Part shown: one piece after another, positions 11,317 to 23,447 of the stretch
Layout: each line of letters opens with the position of its first letter
Position numbering within the stretch: position 1 is the stretch's first letter
NCBI RefSeq assembly: GCF_035594765.1
Contig: NC_085841.1
Span: forward strand, 225,773,326-225,837,325
Direction of reading: 5' to 3'
DNA length: 64,000 bases
Source: Anolis carolinensis
Lineage: Eukaryota
Made by a program: the position numbers and the translations under genes
The notes under the pieces: model-generated
The model's database searches: none
Seen by the model: the letters and a program-made list of their open reading frames with translations, nothing else
Told to the model about the DNA's origin: nothing

Positions 11317-13961
11317 TATATTGATAATCTTATATTATCTGCTTAGAACTGGATTATATGAGGCATCTTCTATACAGCTGTATAAAATGCACACTGAAGT
11401 GGATTATATGGCAGTGTGGACTCAAGATAATCCAGTTCAAAGCAGATAATATAAGATTATAAATGGGTTATATAGCTGTGTGGAAGGGCCTTGAGTCTAC
11501 ACTGCCATATAATCCAGTTAAAATCAGATAATCTGTATTTTATAGGCAGTGGGGAAGAGTCCTAAGTGAGGCCTAACTCTGCCTGTCCCCTGGGCTGAGT
11601 GGGTTGCTAGGAGACCAAGTGGGTAGAGCTTAGCCTTCTAACTGGCAACAATAGGATAAAAACAATTATTCCTCTCCCTCTAATTAGGATTTTATTTTTA
11701 TTTTATTTTTGTTGTATGAACGTAGAGGTGTGGATGAGGGGTTGTGTTGTCAATTTTCGAGGTGTAGTGTTGTTTTGTCCTAGGCCGAAATTTCATTATC
11801 CTTTTATATATATAGATTGCCAATTTAATACAAGTTATTTTCCTATATGTCAAAAAAAAAAAAAAACGTGAATGCTAATATATGAATATGAATTTCCCCA
11901 TAATATAAAAGTTCATCTACATTTTAAAAGCAATGCTGTAATGTTCAGCATCTTTGGTGCCTTGTATCTTAAAAGTCCTGCCCAAAAGCACTTTCGCATT
12001 ATTAGAATGCAGCAATCATACTTGCTTCTGTTTGTTCCTATTCCATATTTTCAGTTTCCTATGCTGATGATGGTGAACCTTTCAAGATTTTCTGCGGTAT
12101 ATTACAGATATAATGTATAAATGTGTACACAAATATTTGGTAGGTGCTTCAGAACTGATAATGACTCTAAAAACAATTAGTCTCTGATGCCTTTAAGAAA
12201 GCTAAATTTAAGAAAGCTACAGAAGACTTTGTTTGAAGACTAGTGGATACAACACTATGGGATATTTTCAGTATATTTTCCATTATTGTTCATATACATT
12301 ATTTTGCTACCATCACAGTTCTCAGATCTCCAACTTCCAATCTCTGAATCCTTTCTCTCCTTGACCATTTACCACATAACAGTTCGTTGAGCTCCTACTT
12401 CCAAATTTGTTTATAGCAATTATGATAAAATCACCAACGCACTTCCAATTCTACTGTAAGTTTGCTATTTCTAATTGGTTCTCAGTTGTATCAGTCTATC
12501 CTCACTAATAAAATATATATAAGGAAAATGATATCGGGGCTTTCTATTGAAAATGCACTGAGAACATACTGCAATTGATATTTTGAATTCTTAGTAAAGC
12601 ACTTATCTTCTTTTTCAGCATTCTAAAATTACTCGATACAATTCTTTTTCAAATTCATGTTGGTTTGGCCTCTCATATGACAAATGACCCCTTTCTTTAT
12701 ACATCACTTTTCAAGATCAAATAAAATGTCTGTTATCTTCAGAATTCTCTATTTGCTATCAATGGCTTGAGCTCCCTCTTCCCTCCTCTGTCCATCTAGA
12801 AATCATGAGATCATTTCGCTATATTGCTTGGGCAAAAAAAGATGCACAAATGGTGTTACCAGAAAGAAAGAGATGGTCCCTAGCTTCTTTTTCTTTGCTT
12901 CATGTCCCCAGCCTCTTGTCATTAACTTTTTTCTAGCTTAAATATTTGGATTTCAGAAGAAGAAGAAAAAGAAGACACTCAACTCGGCTTTATTTGTTTT
13001 CTCCCAAATTGAACTTTATCCTCAATCTGACAGCTATCCGGCTTTCTTTAATCCTTTTGAAACATTATGGATGTTCCTTTACAATACTGTTTCAAGGGCA
13101 AATATGAAATTATTCACACATATTCTGAAAGAACATTCTGTGCATATGGCTGGAAGTAGAAATATCTGATTCGTTACAATGACCACATGGTGTCACATAG
13201 ATGCTCATAACATTTCAGATTTCTTCTTCTATAATGTAGCATGTAAGTTATCATGCTGCTTTGCGAACTGTACACACATATATTATTACATTATGAGCCC
13301 TTATATTATACTGTGACCATATTGAACAGTAGCCATAGCCAAAAACACACACAGCTATTCAGATTACACCACCTCTACTAGGAGCAAAGAAAAATGTTGG
13401 ATAAAAGAAAAATATTTATCTACAGAAACATATGACCCTGTTGAAGTCAACATTGACAACATCCTTACTTTCAAACAATTCACTGCAGCTGTATTTTATT
13501 TTAGCTTTACTTTATTGAAAACAACAGGTTACACCCAATGTTATCTGAACAGACACTTGCTTCCTCCTCTCTCTATTTCATACCCCAATGTCCCCAAATC
13601 TGCCCTGGGGAGCTCCTCAATCCTCTGGAGGATATTTGAGGAGCACACAAGATTAAAAGGGATATGTTTCATCAAGAGAGTCCATTCTATGAGTAGACAT
13701 ACCTCCGTGGATATAACACAGTGTGATTTTATGGTGTTAATATTCTCATGGAGCAATTAAAATTAACTCCTACCAGAAGCAAAAACTATTATGAAAGCAA
13801 ATGGTCATCAGCTAGTGCTGATTCACAAATGACAGCTGATAGTTTTCTTCAATCATGAGTCACTTATATAAGTTCCACAATGAGTGAAATGAGAACCCAG
13901 GCTCCATCTATGGTTCATTTTGGAACCTTTAAAACACAACCTCCAGTTTGTAAAAGTGACA

Positions 13962-14130
13962 AGGTTATAGAATCAGAGTTGGAAGAGACCACAAGAGCCA
14001 TCCAGAGTCTGCTTAAAGGCCTCCAGAGAAGGAGACTCCACCACATTCCCAGGCAACCTATTCCACTGCTGAACAACTCTTACCATTAGGAAGGTCTTCC
14101 TAATGTTGAGGTGGAATTTCTTTTCTGGTC
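13962..14130 (-). mobile_element. CR1 3'-end fragment
   Basis: atagaatcagagttggaagagacc...ttccactgctgaacaactcttaccattaggaagg is the reverse complement of a CR1 3' end. Confidence 0.7.
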
Positions 14131-16422
14131 TATGGAGGATGGGTTCAATGAAATACTTTTGATCTACTACCTAGTACAACACTACTTTTTTTACTGGGCA
14201 GTGTTTCAATGCCAAAATATAAAAATAGCATTTGTGTTTTATAGCTTGGTGATTTTAGGACTTTATACTGCTGCCTCACAAACCCAAACAGGCCAAAAGC
14301 AAACAAAATATATGTAGCATATACAGTATTAGGAAAAGCTTTCTTTTCCTGGACAATGTGATTTTTGTCCCCAGCTATATATCTGAAAGGCAGTAAAATG
14401 CATACCCACATCTTTCCGAAGATTAGTCCAGACACAGTTGTCAGAAGCATCTGGCTCAAAAATCCTATTACAAAATCAAAAATAGTATGCAAAGAGGCTA
14501 AAAAAAGTGTGTTTACTTATAGATAAGGAAGAGAAGTGCAACCTGCTGTTTTCTCCAAAAACAGAAAATGCATAATTTCTCATAATTGCTTCTCATAATA
14601 CTCTGCTTCACTGGGCTTTGTTTGGGCACCGGTAAACATTTAAACTTTTCAGAATTTTCAAGGGGAGAATGAAGTTACTGCCTTCCAAATGACAATTTTG
14701 CCACCCAATTTCCCTCAAGTCCCCAAATTTCTAGCACTAAAATCATTCACATCTAGAACTTCTGCATTTGCTGTATTTGCATTCCCCAGGTCAATTTGCC
14801 GGCTCCTTTTCTTTGGATGTCTAAATTGTATTTCTATAAGCTCAACAGAATTTTTGTTTTTGCAATGCTAGAAATATGGGAAGCAAAGGAAAATTTGTGT
14901 TCAATTTAAGATGTTTTAAGCATTTGTTTTGCTATGTTTTAATCTTGTAATTTGTATTGTGCTTGAATTGTACATCAAATTGTACATTATTATAATAAAA
15001 TTTCACGAGGAGACAAATTCTTATTTAGTGGGAAATATCCTCATTGAGTCCTCCCCTTGTAGCTTTAACACTGAGAATTTTTGAAGACATCATTGAAAAA
15101 AACCCATTAAAAATGGTTACGGTTAACTGTACTATTTTGTGAAGAAACATAAATTGAATGATTATATCTATGCCCAGTGTTCTAAATGAAACAGCTCCAT
15201 CTTGAAGGAATTACATATATATGCTGTCAAGTGGCAAACAGAAAACTTGAAAGTGTAGACTTGAAACAAAATATTCAGTACACCAACCATCTTCAAGCAG
15301 AACCCCTATAGTCCTGCCTGGGATTTAGAGAAGGACTGGAGTGAGAGGTTTCAGGAGGCAAAAACATAAATTATATGTCCCTGTCCCCAGAAGCACATCA
15401 GTTGGATTTTTAAAAATGGACTGCTTCATGTCTCCTGTCCAGACATGTCCTAACCAAGAAACCTGTTAGGCAACTTGAACAATCACCTCTGTTCCCTCTC
15501 CAACTTTTCATCCTCCTGTTTCCATTTAACGCTCAAATGTTCTTTTTCATCACTGAGAAGACTTTGTCTTATCTGATTATCAGAAGTGCTCTATCCCCTT
15601 TCTTTTCCTTTTTATGTACCTCGTGAGTCACAGGTATGCAGAAATCACTCTTCTGTTGCCACTGCCTTCACTTCACTGCCAAACTGATAGGCAGAGGGCA
15701 ATTACATTCAATATTACAAGGAAGGACAATGCAAATGCTGAAAATGATCATTCCAAAATGATGGAAAACTGAAATCAAAATTAATACATTTGTCTTAGAA
15801 ATTGGATGTAGAACTTTAACAACAGAGGAGAAATAGATGTTTATTTGCATCTGAATAAGGCCAAAAATGAAAACACCTACAAATTGTTTTCTCCACTAAT
15901 TGTTCCCTTTAACAATTATTAATCCTCCTAGTGTTCCATATTTGACACATGGAAGTAGTGAAATGATTTTTTTTTGTTTTAAACCACAGTGCCCTACTCA
16001 AATTCAGGTAGGTAGGGGGGGTGATCATTTTCCATCCTTTGAGTATGTGATTATGAGTAGTGATTCCATGTCAGAAAAAGGCAAGTACAGAATAAGGATT
16101 GTAGTTATTAATGAATATTACTGGTTGGACATAGGGTAGGACAGAAATATTTTAAATAAAATAAACTAATAGAAGGAATAAAGATGAAAATTTCTATGTT
16201 ACTTTCTTACACAGGCAAAAGGAAGTATTTTAATGTTACTACAATCTGGCAACTCATTCTGTAGAACATATCTAGCTCTTCCTTGTTTTAAAACTGTGTA
16301 TTTGGTGATGCTATCAGATTGCCAAAAACAACATATTCATGTTTCCAAAGAAATATATAGAGAAACACCAGGCATATTATGATTCATATTTTTCAGGGAC
16401 TAACGTCAGAAAAAATACTTAC

Positions 16423-18555
16423 CTGTTTCAGGACTAGTCTGATTGCAACTGCTCACAATGCTGTTTGGTATCACTGGTGTAGTGGGTGCTTGGATCCGCG
16501 ACTGGGTGGGGTTCGGATGTAATGAATTTCCTAAAGCCATTCCAGATTGATTGAGTACCCCACAATTTCCACTAGCCTGCATCTGATTTATTAAACCTGC
16601 AAGATGGTTGTTTGGGCCAGGGCTAGAACCATGGCCAAAGTTAGTGTTTGAATTCTGGCAGTGCATATTTTCCCCTCGTAAAGGTAAATCATGTGCCAAT
16701 GGGTTCTGAAGAGAGCCAGTGTTCATGTTAGTTTCTGTAAAATGCAGCTGGTTAGCAGAGCAAGGCAAAACAGTATTTGAGCTCACACAACCAGAAGTAC
16801 TATTGCTGCTCATATGAGAACTTTGATAGCTCATGGACTGAAGTAACTGGGACATGGATGTAATGGGAAATGAACCTTGGTTCTGCTTTCTTATCAAATC
16901 CGGTCCCGATTTAGGCGCTCCAGAACTATCCAACTGAGTATGCCTAAGCAAACTCAACACTGTAGTGGTTGGTGGTTTTCTTTTCCTCAAAGGGTCTTTC
17001 TGTTGAGACATCAGTTTATCTCGTAGTGCTGCTCGACCACTTTGCCCTTCACTTGATGGCAAAAGCATGTTGGCAGTAGGAGGAAACATGGTGTTTAAAG
17101 TGCTGTGTCCATCATTGCTGCCACTACTAGCAACAGTTCCAGAATTGCTACTGCTGTTGCTATTGTTNNNNNNNNNNNNNNNNNNNNNNNNNNNNNNNNN
17201 NNNNNNNNNNNNNNNNNNNNNNNNNNNNNNNNNNNNNNNNNNNNNNNNNNNNNNNNNNNNNNNNNNNNNNNNNNNNNNNNNNNNNNNNNNNNNNNNNNNT
17301 TTCATGGGCCCACTTCCAGCAGATGCAGATGGGAAAACTGCATTGCTTGGAGGATTTAATACATTACTGATTCCAGCAATCAATGTGTTAGGGATGTCCT
17401 TGTATTGATGGAGGCCATCAGTCTTTGTAGATGGACTTGATGGCATAGATGGTCTTGGAGACCCTATTGTTGACCTTGGTGATCGAGGAGGAACTTTAAT
17501 ATTACTACAAGATGACTGTGGTCCTATTGGCGGCATCATGAAATTTCCATGATCAGATGATGTGGAAGATGAGCGTGATCTTTGGGGAGAAGCCTCAATC
17601 CTTCCAATTCCAGATGCCATCATATGAACTGGAGATGTTACTGGTGAGGGGGAGAGAGAGGTGGAAGTAGAGTGCTGAACTCTTTGCAGATGACCCCCAT
17701 GGTTTGTGTGACCAGGTTTTACAGTTGGCAAAGGGAGATTACTTGGTAGAGGAACAACAGCTGGAGGCATGCTTACATTCATCACAGGTACCTGAGAGTG
17801 GATATTTGAATGATAAGTACTTGGATTAATGATAACAGGATTCTGGTTCACTGGTTTGCTAGGAATGGGGTCAAGAATGCCAAGTGGATCCTTTTCTGAT
17901 GTTAATGGCTTTTTCTGAAGAGCACATGATGGAGGTGGCGGTGGAGGGCCTTGAGGTGGTTTGTGGTGAAACATTGCTCGTGGAATTTCCATACTAGTTG
18001 AAAAATTACACATGGGCTTTTTCATTACAGGACTTTTTGTGGTCAGGGTTGGGGAAAGAGGTATATTAGTCCTTCCAGCCATTGCACAAGATGACTGCAC
18101 AGGAGAACCATGTAGCATTACTGAAGGTGGGGACAGAGGGGTTCTGTTCATGTGAACAGGACTAGAGTTGGGTGCTCCATGAAAACTGGAATTACTCCTT
18201 GTGAAAATATCTGGACTTCCAAGTGGGTCTGTCCTAGGAGAGATTGAGCCATCTCCATATATTTGTGATCCTGATGAAGCTGGACTAGGCATTCCTCCAT
18301 GGCTGCCACGATATGGAGATTTCTGTCCAAGTTCATTACTGCCCAATCTCTGCCTTGGATAGACAGAATGAAGTTCTTGTTGCTGGCTTGCAGTCATCTC
18401 TTGCACATATAGCCGGCCCATGGCATTCGAGGCCCCCATCATCAACTTGAATGGAGTTTTACATTCTGGCATCACAGAGTTAGTAATTCCTTCATGTGAT
18501 TTATTCCTTATTGATCTTGGAGTTGCTGCTCGTGAAGGTACTAATGGAGTTGCAC
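16423..18555 (-). CDS. MBD5: MBD5 large Pro/Ser-rich coding exon (2133 nt, includes a 132-nt N block)
   Basis: ORF 16406-18592; acceptor cttcag|GT, donor ACA G|gtaagt; [14 protein letters not shown]...NQTSPET is recognisably MBD5; phase 1 to 1. Confidence 0.97.
17168..17299. other. 132-nt run of N inside the large MBD5 exon
   Basis: Directly visible; both edges fall on codon boundaries of the minus-strand frame. Confidence 0.99.
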
Positions 18556-19012
18556 CTGAAGTAGAGTAAATGAGAGTTAGTATGTCTTGCAACTAAATGA
18601 AACATCAGAATTACATTTTTTTTAGACAAAACTGCACCCAGGTATTATATGTGCATGTGACATACACAATTCTAAAAAGTTTCCAGGTAGAGGAGCTTAT
18701 ATATACTGTACTCACTATGCTGTTGTGGCTAGTGACTAGAACCAATGCACAAATTATATTTTTATCTTAAGAACATGACTTTCTAAGATGAAGGATCTTT
18801 AAAAAGGAGCCAAGATGGGTGGGCAAAAATGAACAGGATTTACAATATCAGGACTCATTTTGAATGTAACACAATTAATTTTCAACATTTTAGAAAGTAT
18901 GGTATGTTTGCACAAAAATAGAGCAGTATACTGTATTAATATCTTTTATAGTTACACACATATGCCCAATCTGAATCTTTAACATAAGAAGCATATTTTG
19001 ATTTTCTAATTA

Positions 19013-19355
19013 CAGTAGATCTCGCTTATCCAACATAAGCGGGCCGGCAGAACATTGGATACTCAAAAATGTTGGATAATAAGGAGGGATTAAGGAAAGG
19101 CCTATTAAATGTCAGATTACATTAAGATTTTACAAATTAAACACCAAAACATCATGTTTTACAACAAATTGATAGAAAAAGCAGTTCAATACACAGTAAC
19201 ATTATGTAGTAATTACTGTATTTCTGAATTTAGCACCAAAATATCACACTCTATTGAAAATATTGACTACAAAAACATGAATTACTAAAAGGCAAACTGT
19301 GTTGGATAATACAGAACGTTGGATAAGCGAAGGTTGGATAAGTGAGACTCTACTG
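19013..19355. mobile_element. Tc1/mariner-pogo MITE (orientation A)
   Basis: TIRs CAGTAGATCTCGCTTATCCAA / TTGGATAAGTGAGACTCTACTG with TA TSD. Confidence 0.9.
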
Positions 19356-19952
19356 TAATAGAACTGCTTTGGTTATTATTAAATGTCAAGGTAGTTAAGG
19401 AGGATTAACATACAGTGTTAGGTATTCCAGATTCTGTCCAAATGGGGATTGAAAATACTATACAGTAGTCCCAGTTTAAAAATCACATATGAATGTAGTC
19501 ATCTACATAATTATTACTATCAGTTATTTTAGTAAACAGAGATGGATATAAAATTTCTGCTTAAGCTAGCATATGACTAGATGATTTTGACTTATACGAT
19601 TAAAGAAAAGAAATATATGGATTCAAATAGGAAAAAACCCAATTGGCTTAACTATCTTCTTTCAGATCACGTTGCTGCTGTTCTATTAAACATCAAAGAG
19701 GTGGAGGGTCCACTATAATTAATTCTTGAGTTAAATAAACGGCTATTCTCCTACGACTAGGAAACAGCTGTAAGCCTTATGAGGGGGGAAGTGAAACACC
19801 AGCTAATGAATTGCAATACTTGCTGCAACCCATGGATTATCCTAAAATTTATGTTGCTTTTTCTTTCTCCACTAGGTTTAAAACAGTAATAAGTGGAGAA
19901 AGCAAATTCATGGATAGGCTTTTAACCTTCATTCTGGCAAGATTTCTAAATA

Positions 19953-20275
19953 CAGTAGAGTCTCACTAATCCAAGCCTCGCTTATCCAAGCCTCTGGATA
20001 ATCCAAGCCATTTTTGTAGTCAATGTTTTCAATATATCGTGATATTTTGGTGTTAAATTCGTAAATACAGTAATTACAACATAACATTACTGCTTATTGA
20101 ACTACTTTTTCTGTCAAATTTGTTGTATAACATGAAGTTTTGGTGCTTAATTTGTAAAATCATAACCTAATTTGATGTTTAATAGGCTTTTCCTTAATCC
20201 CTCCTTATTATCCAAGATATTCGCTTATCCAAGCTTCTGCCGGCCCGTTTAGCTTGGATAAGTGAGACTCTACTG
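19953..20275. mobile_element. Tc1/mariner-pogo MITE (orientation B, inverted relative to 19013)
   Basis: Same TIRs, TA TSD, interior is the reverse complement of the 19013 copy. Confidence 0.9.
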
Positions 20276-21106
20276 TATAACAAAGATAGCCAGTGTGGTA
20301 TAGCACTTTGTGTGTTGGGCGAAAATTTTGGAAATAAGGGTTTAGATTCCCAGTCGGTTATAGAAACCCACTGGGCAAGTCAGCCTCAAATGGTAACCCC
20401 CGTCTGAACACATAGGGTCTGCACAGAAATTACTTCAAGCTATATAACAACAATGTGAGATGCATTTAAATTTCAGTTTAGAATGAACAAATTTGAAATA
20501 AGTGTCATCTTTACAATGCAATTATAATTATCATAAGGTGTTTTTAAAAAGGAATTCTAGTACCTTTTCACTAATCATCCTATTTCTGGTTGTGACCACT
20601 TCAAAGTGCGGAAATTGCAGGCCCAGTCTCTGCTGCACTACTGTTCTGCCCATGCAGACGACTGCACCTTTTAGCCCTGTGGGGCTTGTCTAATGCTGGC
20701 TGCCAGCAGGGTCTATCTACTCCTCAGGCTGATCCATTTGTTGCTCATGTGCAAGCCGAAATTCTCAGACTGGTTCCTGCTTGATTCCTTAATGAACTGC
20801 CAGCCTCCAGACCAGCACTAACAAATTCTCTCTTCTGTACATGCTGAATTTTTCATCATTAATCCTCAGAAGTGCAAATTCTTTTTGGCAAGGCAATGTC
20901 TTTGGACACAAAATGTGACTCTCTAAGACATGCCTGAATTTACCTTCAAAACAATTGCCAGGAAGAAAGAAATAAGGAGGATAAGCCATGTAGGATGAAT
21001 TTCACAATGTTAGAACTAGAATACTGATTCTACAGAAGGTTTCAAAATGTTTTAAGCCATAAAATCCTGAAATATTTTGAGTCTGCCCAGTCTAGTGGAT
21101 ATATAA

Positions 21107-22030
21107 TATTTATTTATGAAGGGTTGGAAGGCATGATCATCAAGTTTGCAGATGACAGCAAATTGGGAGGGATAGCTAATATTCCAGAAGAAAAGAGCAG
21201 AATTCAAAACAATCTTAATGGATTAGAGAGATGGACCAAAATTAACAAAATGAACTTCAACAGGGACAAATGCAAGATACTCCTCTTAGGCTGAAAAAAA
21301 TGAAATGCAAAGATACAGAATGGTGGACTCCTGGCTCAACAGCAGAATGTGTGAAAAAGATCTTGGAGTCCTCATGGACAACAAGTTAAGCATGAGCCAA
21401 TAATGTGATGCAGCGGCTAAAAAAGCCAATGGGATTTTGGCTTGTATAACTAGGAGTATAGTGTCTAGATCCAGAGAAGTCATGTTACCCCTCTATTCTG
21501 CCTTGGTCAGACCACACCTGGAATCACATTGTGTCCAATTCTGGACACCGCAATTTAAGGGAGATGTTGACAAGCTGGAATGTGTCCAGAGTAGGGCAAC
21601 TAAAATGATCAGGTTCTAGAGAACAAACCCTATGAGGAGCGGCTTAAAAAGCTGGGCATGTTTAGCCTGCAGAAGAGAAGGCTGAGAGGAAACATGATGG
21701 CCATGTATAAATATGTGAGGGGAAGTCATAGGGAGGAGGGAGCAGGCTTGTTTTCTGCTGCCCTGGAGACTAGGACGCAGAATAATGGCTTCAAATTACA
21801 GGAAAGGAGATTCCACCTGAACATCAGGAAGCACTTCCTGAATGTGAGAGCTGTTTGGCAGTGGAACTCCCTCCCCCGGACTGTGGTGGAGGCTCCTTCT
21901 TTGGAGGTTTTAAACAGAGGCCGGATGGCCATCTGTCGGGGGTGCTTTGAATGCAAATTTTCTGCTTCTTGGCAGGGGGTTGGACTGGATGGCCCATAAG
22001 GTCTCTTCCAACTCTATGATTCTATGATTT
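21107..22030 (+). mobile_element. CR1 LINE 3' fragment (RT C-terminus and 3' tail)
   Basis: [21 protein letters not shown] and LFSLQKRRLRG-type motifs; (ttctatga)n tail at ~22010-22030. Confidence 0.95.
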
Positions 22031-22619
22031 GCTTACTGTCTTTTCCCCAGTGTGTGACCAACATATCATACAACATATTGTTTCACAACTGATGACTGCT
22101 CTTGACTTCGAGGACTGTTCCAAGCCAAACGTGGACAGATGAAAGTAGTAAGACCATGAATCCTCCAAAGTCCTGAACAAATCAGGACAGAGACCACTTC
22201 TCCCATCTCTCTGACACCACCTCTCCTTACACTGACAGTGAACATGCTCTGTCTATAGGAGTGTAAACAGATACTCTGGAGCCCTCCCCCCAAACTACCT
22301 GTTCCAGAAGGTTAAAATGATTATTAGGCCATCAGTGGATTCTTATTCAGTGCTGGAATGCACAATTATAGCATTTTCCCAACAGACCTAATACGTGCAA
22401 TGATCCATCAGTCTAGACAACTTAAAATGCATGGATAAATTTCTCTTACATTCACAATCAGTTACATATCCAAAACAACTATGCAACTGCAAAAGTTAGA
22501 GATTAAAGCTGGTTTCTTCTGCATGGAAAGCAAGTGCCCCCCATGGTCAAGCTATGATACAGTCCTTGAAACTTTCCCCTTAAGACCCCAAGAACCCCAG
22601 TCCTTCCATAGTTTTAACT

Positions 22620-22835
22620 GAAGAAAGATGGCTTAGAACAATCAAACTTTGCTTCTGGACAGTAGGGCTCAAATCCCTGCTCATCTGTGGAAATTCACTG
22701 GGTGGCCTTGGGCAAATCATACTCTTAGGCTCAGAGGAAGGCAAAGGTAACCACCTCCTCAACAAATCTTGCTAAGAAAGAAATCCTGTGAAACCTTAGA
22801 GTTGTCATAAGTCAGAGATGACTTGAAAACACAAA
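22620..22835 (+). mobile_element. Older tRNA-derived SINE relic (similar relics at ~9480-9650, 20285-20450, 33068-33300, 55320-55480)
   Basis: Shared phrases tcaaatccctgc...gccttgggcaa...ctcagaggaaggcaaagg...gccataagtcagaaatgacttgaaggcacac. Confidence 0.6.
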
Positions 22836-23266
22836 CCAAGAAATGCCACCCAGTGTGGCAGCTTCCCTTTTAAAATCCCACAAGCCCCCAAACAGCTAAA
22901 AATAAGCCAAATGCTGCCCCCATATATACAAACTGAAAGTAGATTCCAGACCCTTGCTCCCATCCTTCTGCAACTGCCTATTCTGCACTAGGTTAGGTGA
23001 TTCTTTTCCCAAGAGTTTAGGGTAGGGAGGCGGATTTACAATTGGTGGGATGATTCTACAAGATCTATCGTATAAAGGCATTAAAACCTCCCTGTGCGAT
23101 TCAATTGTTCATTGTCACTTTTTTGTTTATTTGGCTGTATCTCCTCCATATATTGATACTGTATTTAGCAATATATTTGGACATTAAGTCTATTTCCTTA
23201 TTACTTCCAAAATGATGCACTTCAACACTGAATTTCCCATAGAGAGCAAAGAAAAGCCCAACTTAC

Positions 23267-23447
23267 TTGTTCCACCACCAGGACTTGTTAGAACCAGTGA
23301 TGGGTGGGGCACTTCCATACTTTTATGAAGTGTAGCCACAGCAATAATTTTCCGTTTATGAATGCATAGCTTAGTAACATCTTCATCCGCTTTGACATCT
23401 TCAGCTGTTCTTTGTGTCACAGCAACTCCAGGATCAAAATTAAACAC
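23267..23447 (-). CDS. MBD5: MBD5 coding exon 3: [60 protein letters not shown]
   Basis: ORF 23190-23447; acceptor tttttaag|GTG, donor ACA A|gtaagt; 181 nt, phase 0 to 1. Confidence 0.97.

Larger units (their letters stand above)
9839..11816 (-). mobile_element. Non-autonomous Helitron with captured TE fragments
   Basis: Minus strand starts TC (TCTATATATATAAAAG), ends ...CCACAGCAACGTGTGGCTGGGCACAG-CTAG with a subterminal hairpin, inserted between A and T, no TSD. Confidence 0.85.

Noticed and set aside
12300-13100. Possible decayed minus-strand L1
   Set aside because: Only pyrimidine skew; no diagnostic motif could be read.
17067-17408. Plus-strand ORFs crossing the N block
   Set aside because: Open only because the N positions hide possible stops.
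18556-18592. ORF-track N-terminal extensions of MBD5 exons ([19 protein letters not shown] and similar)
   Set aside because: Intronic sequence upstream of clear AG acceptors, with non-ATG starts.
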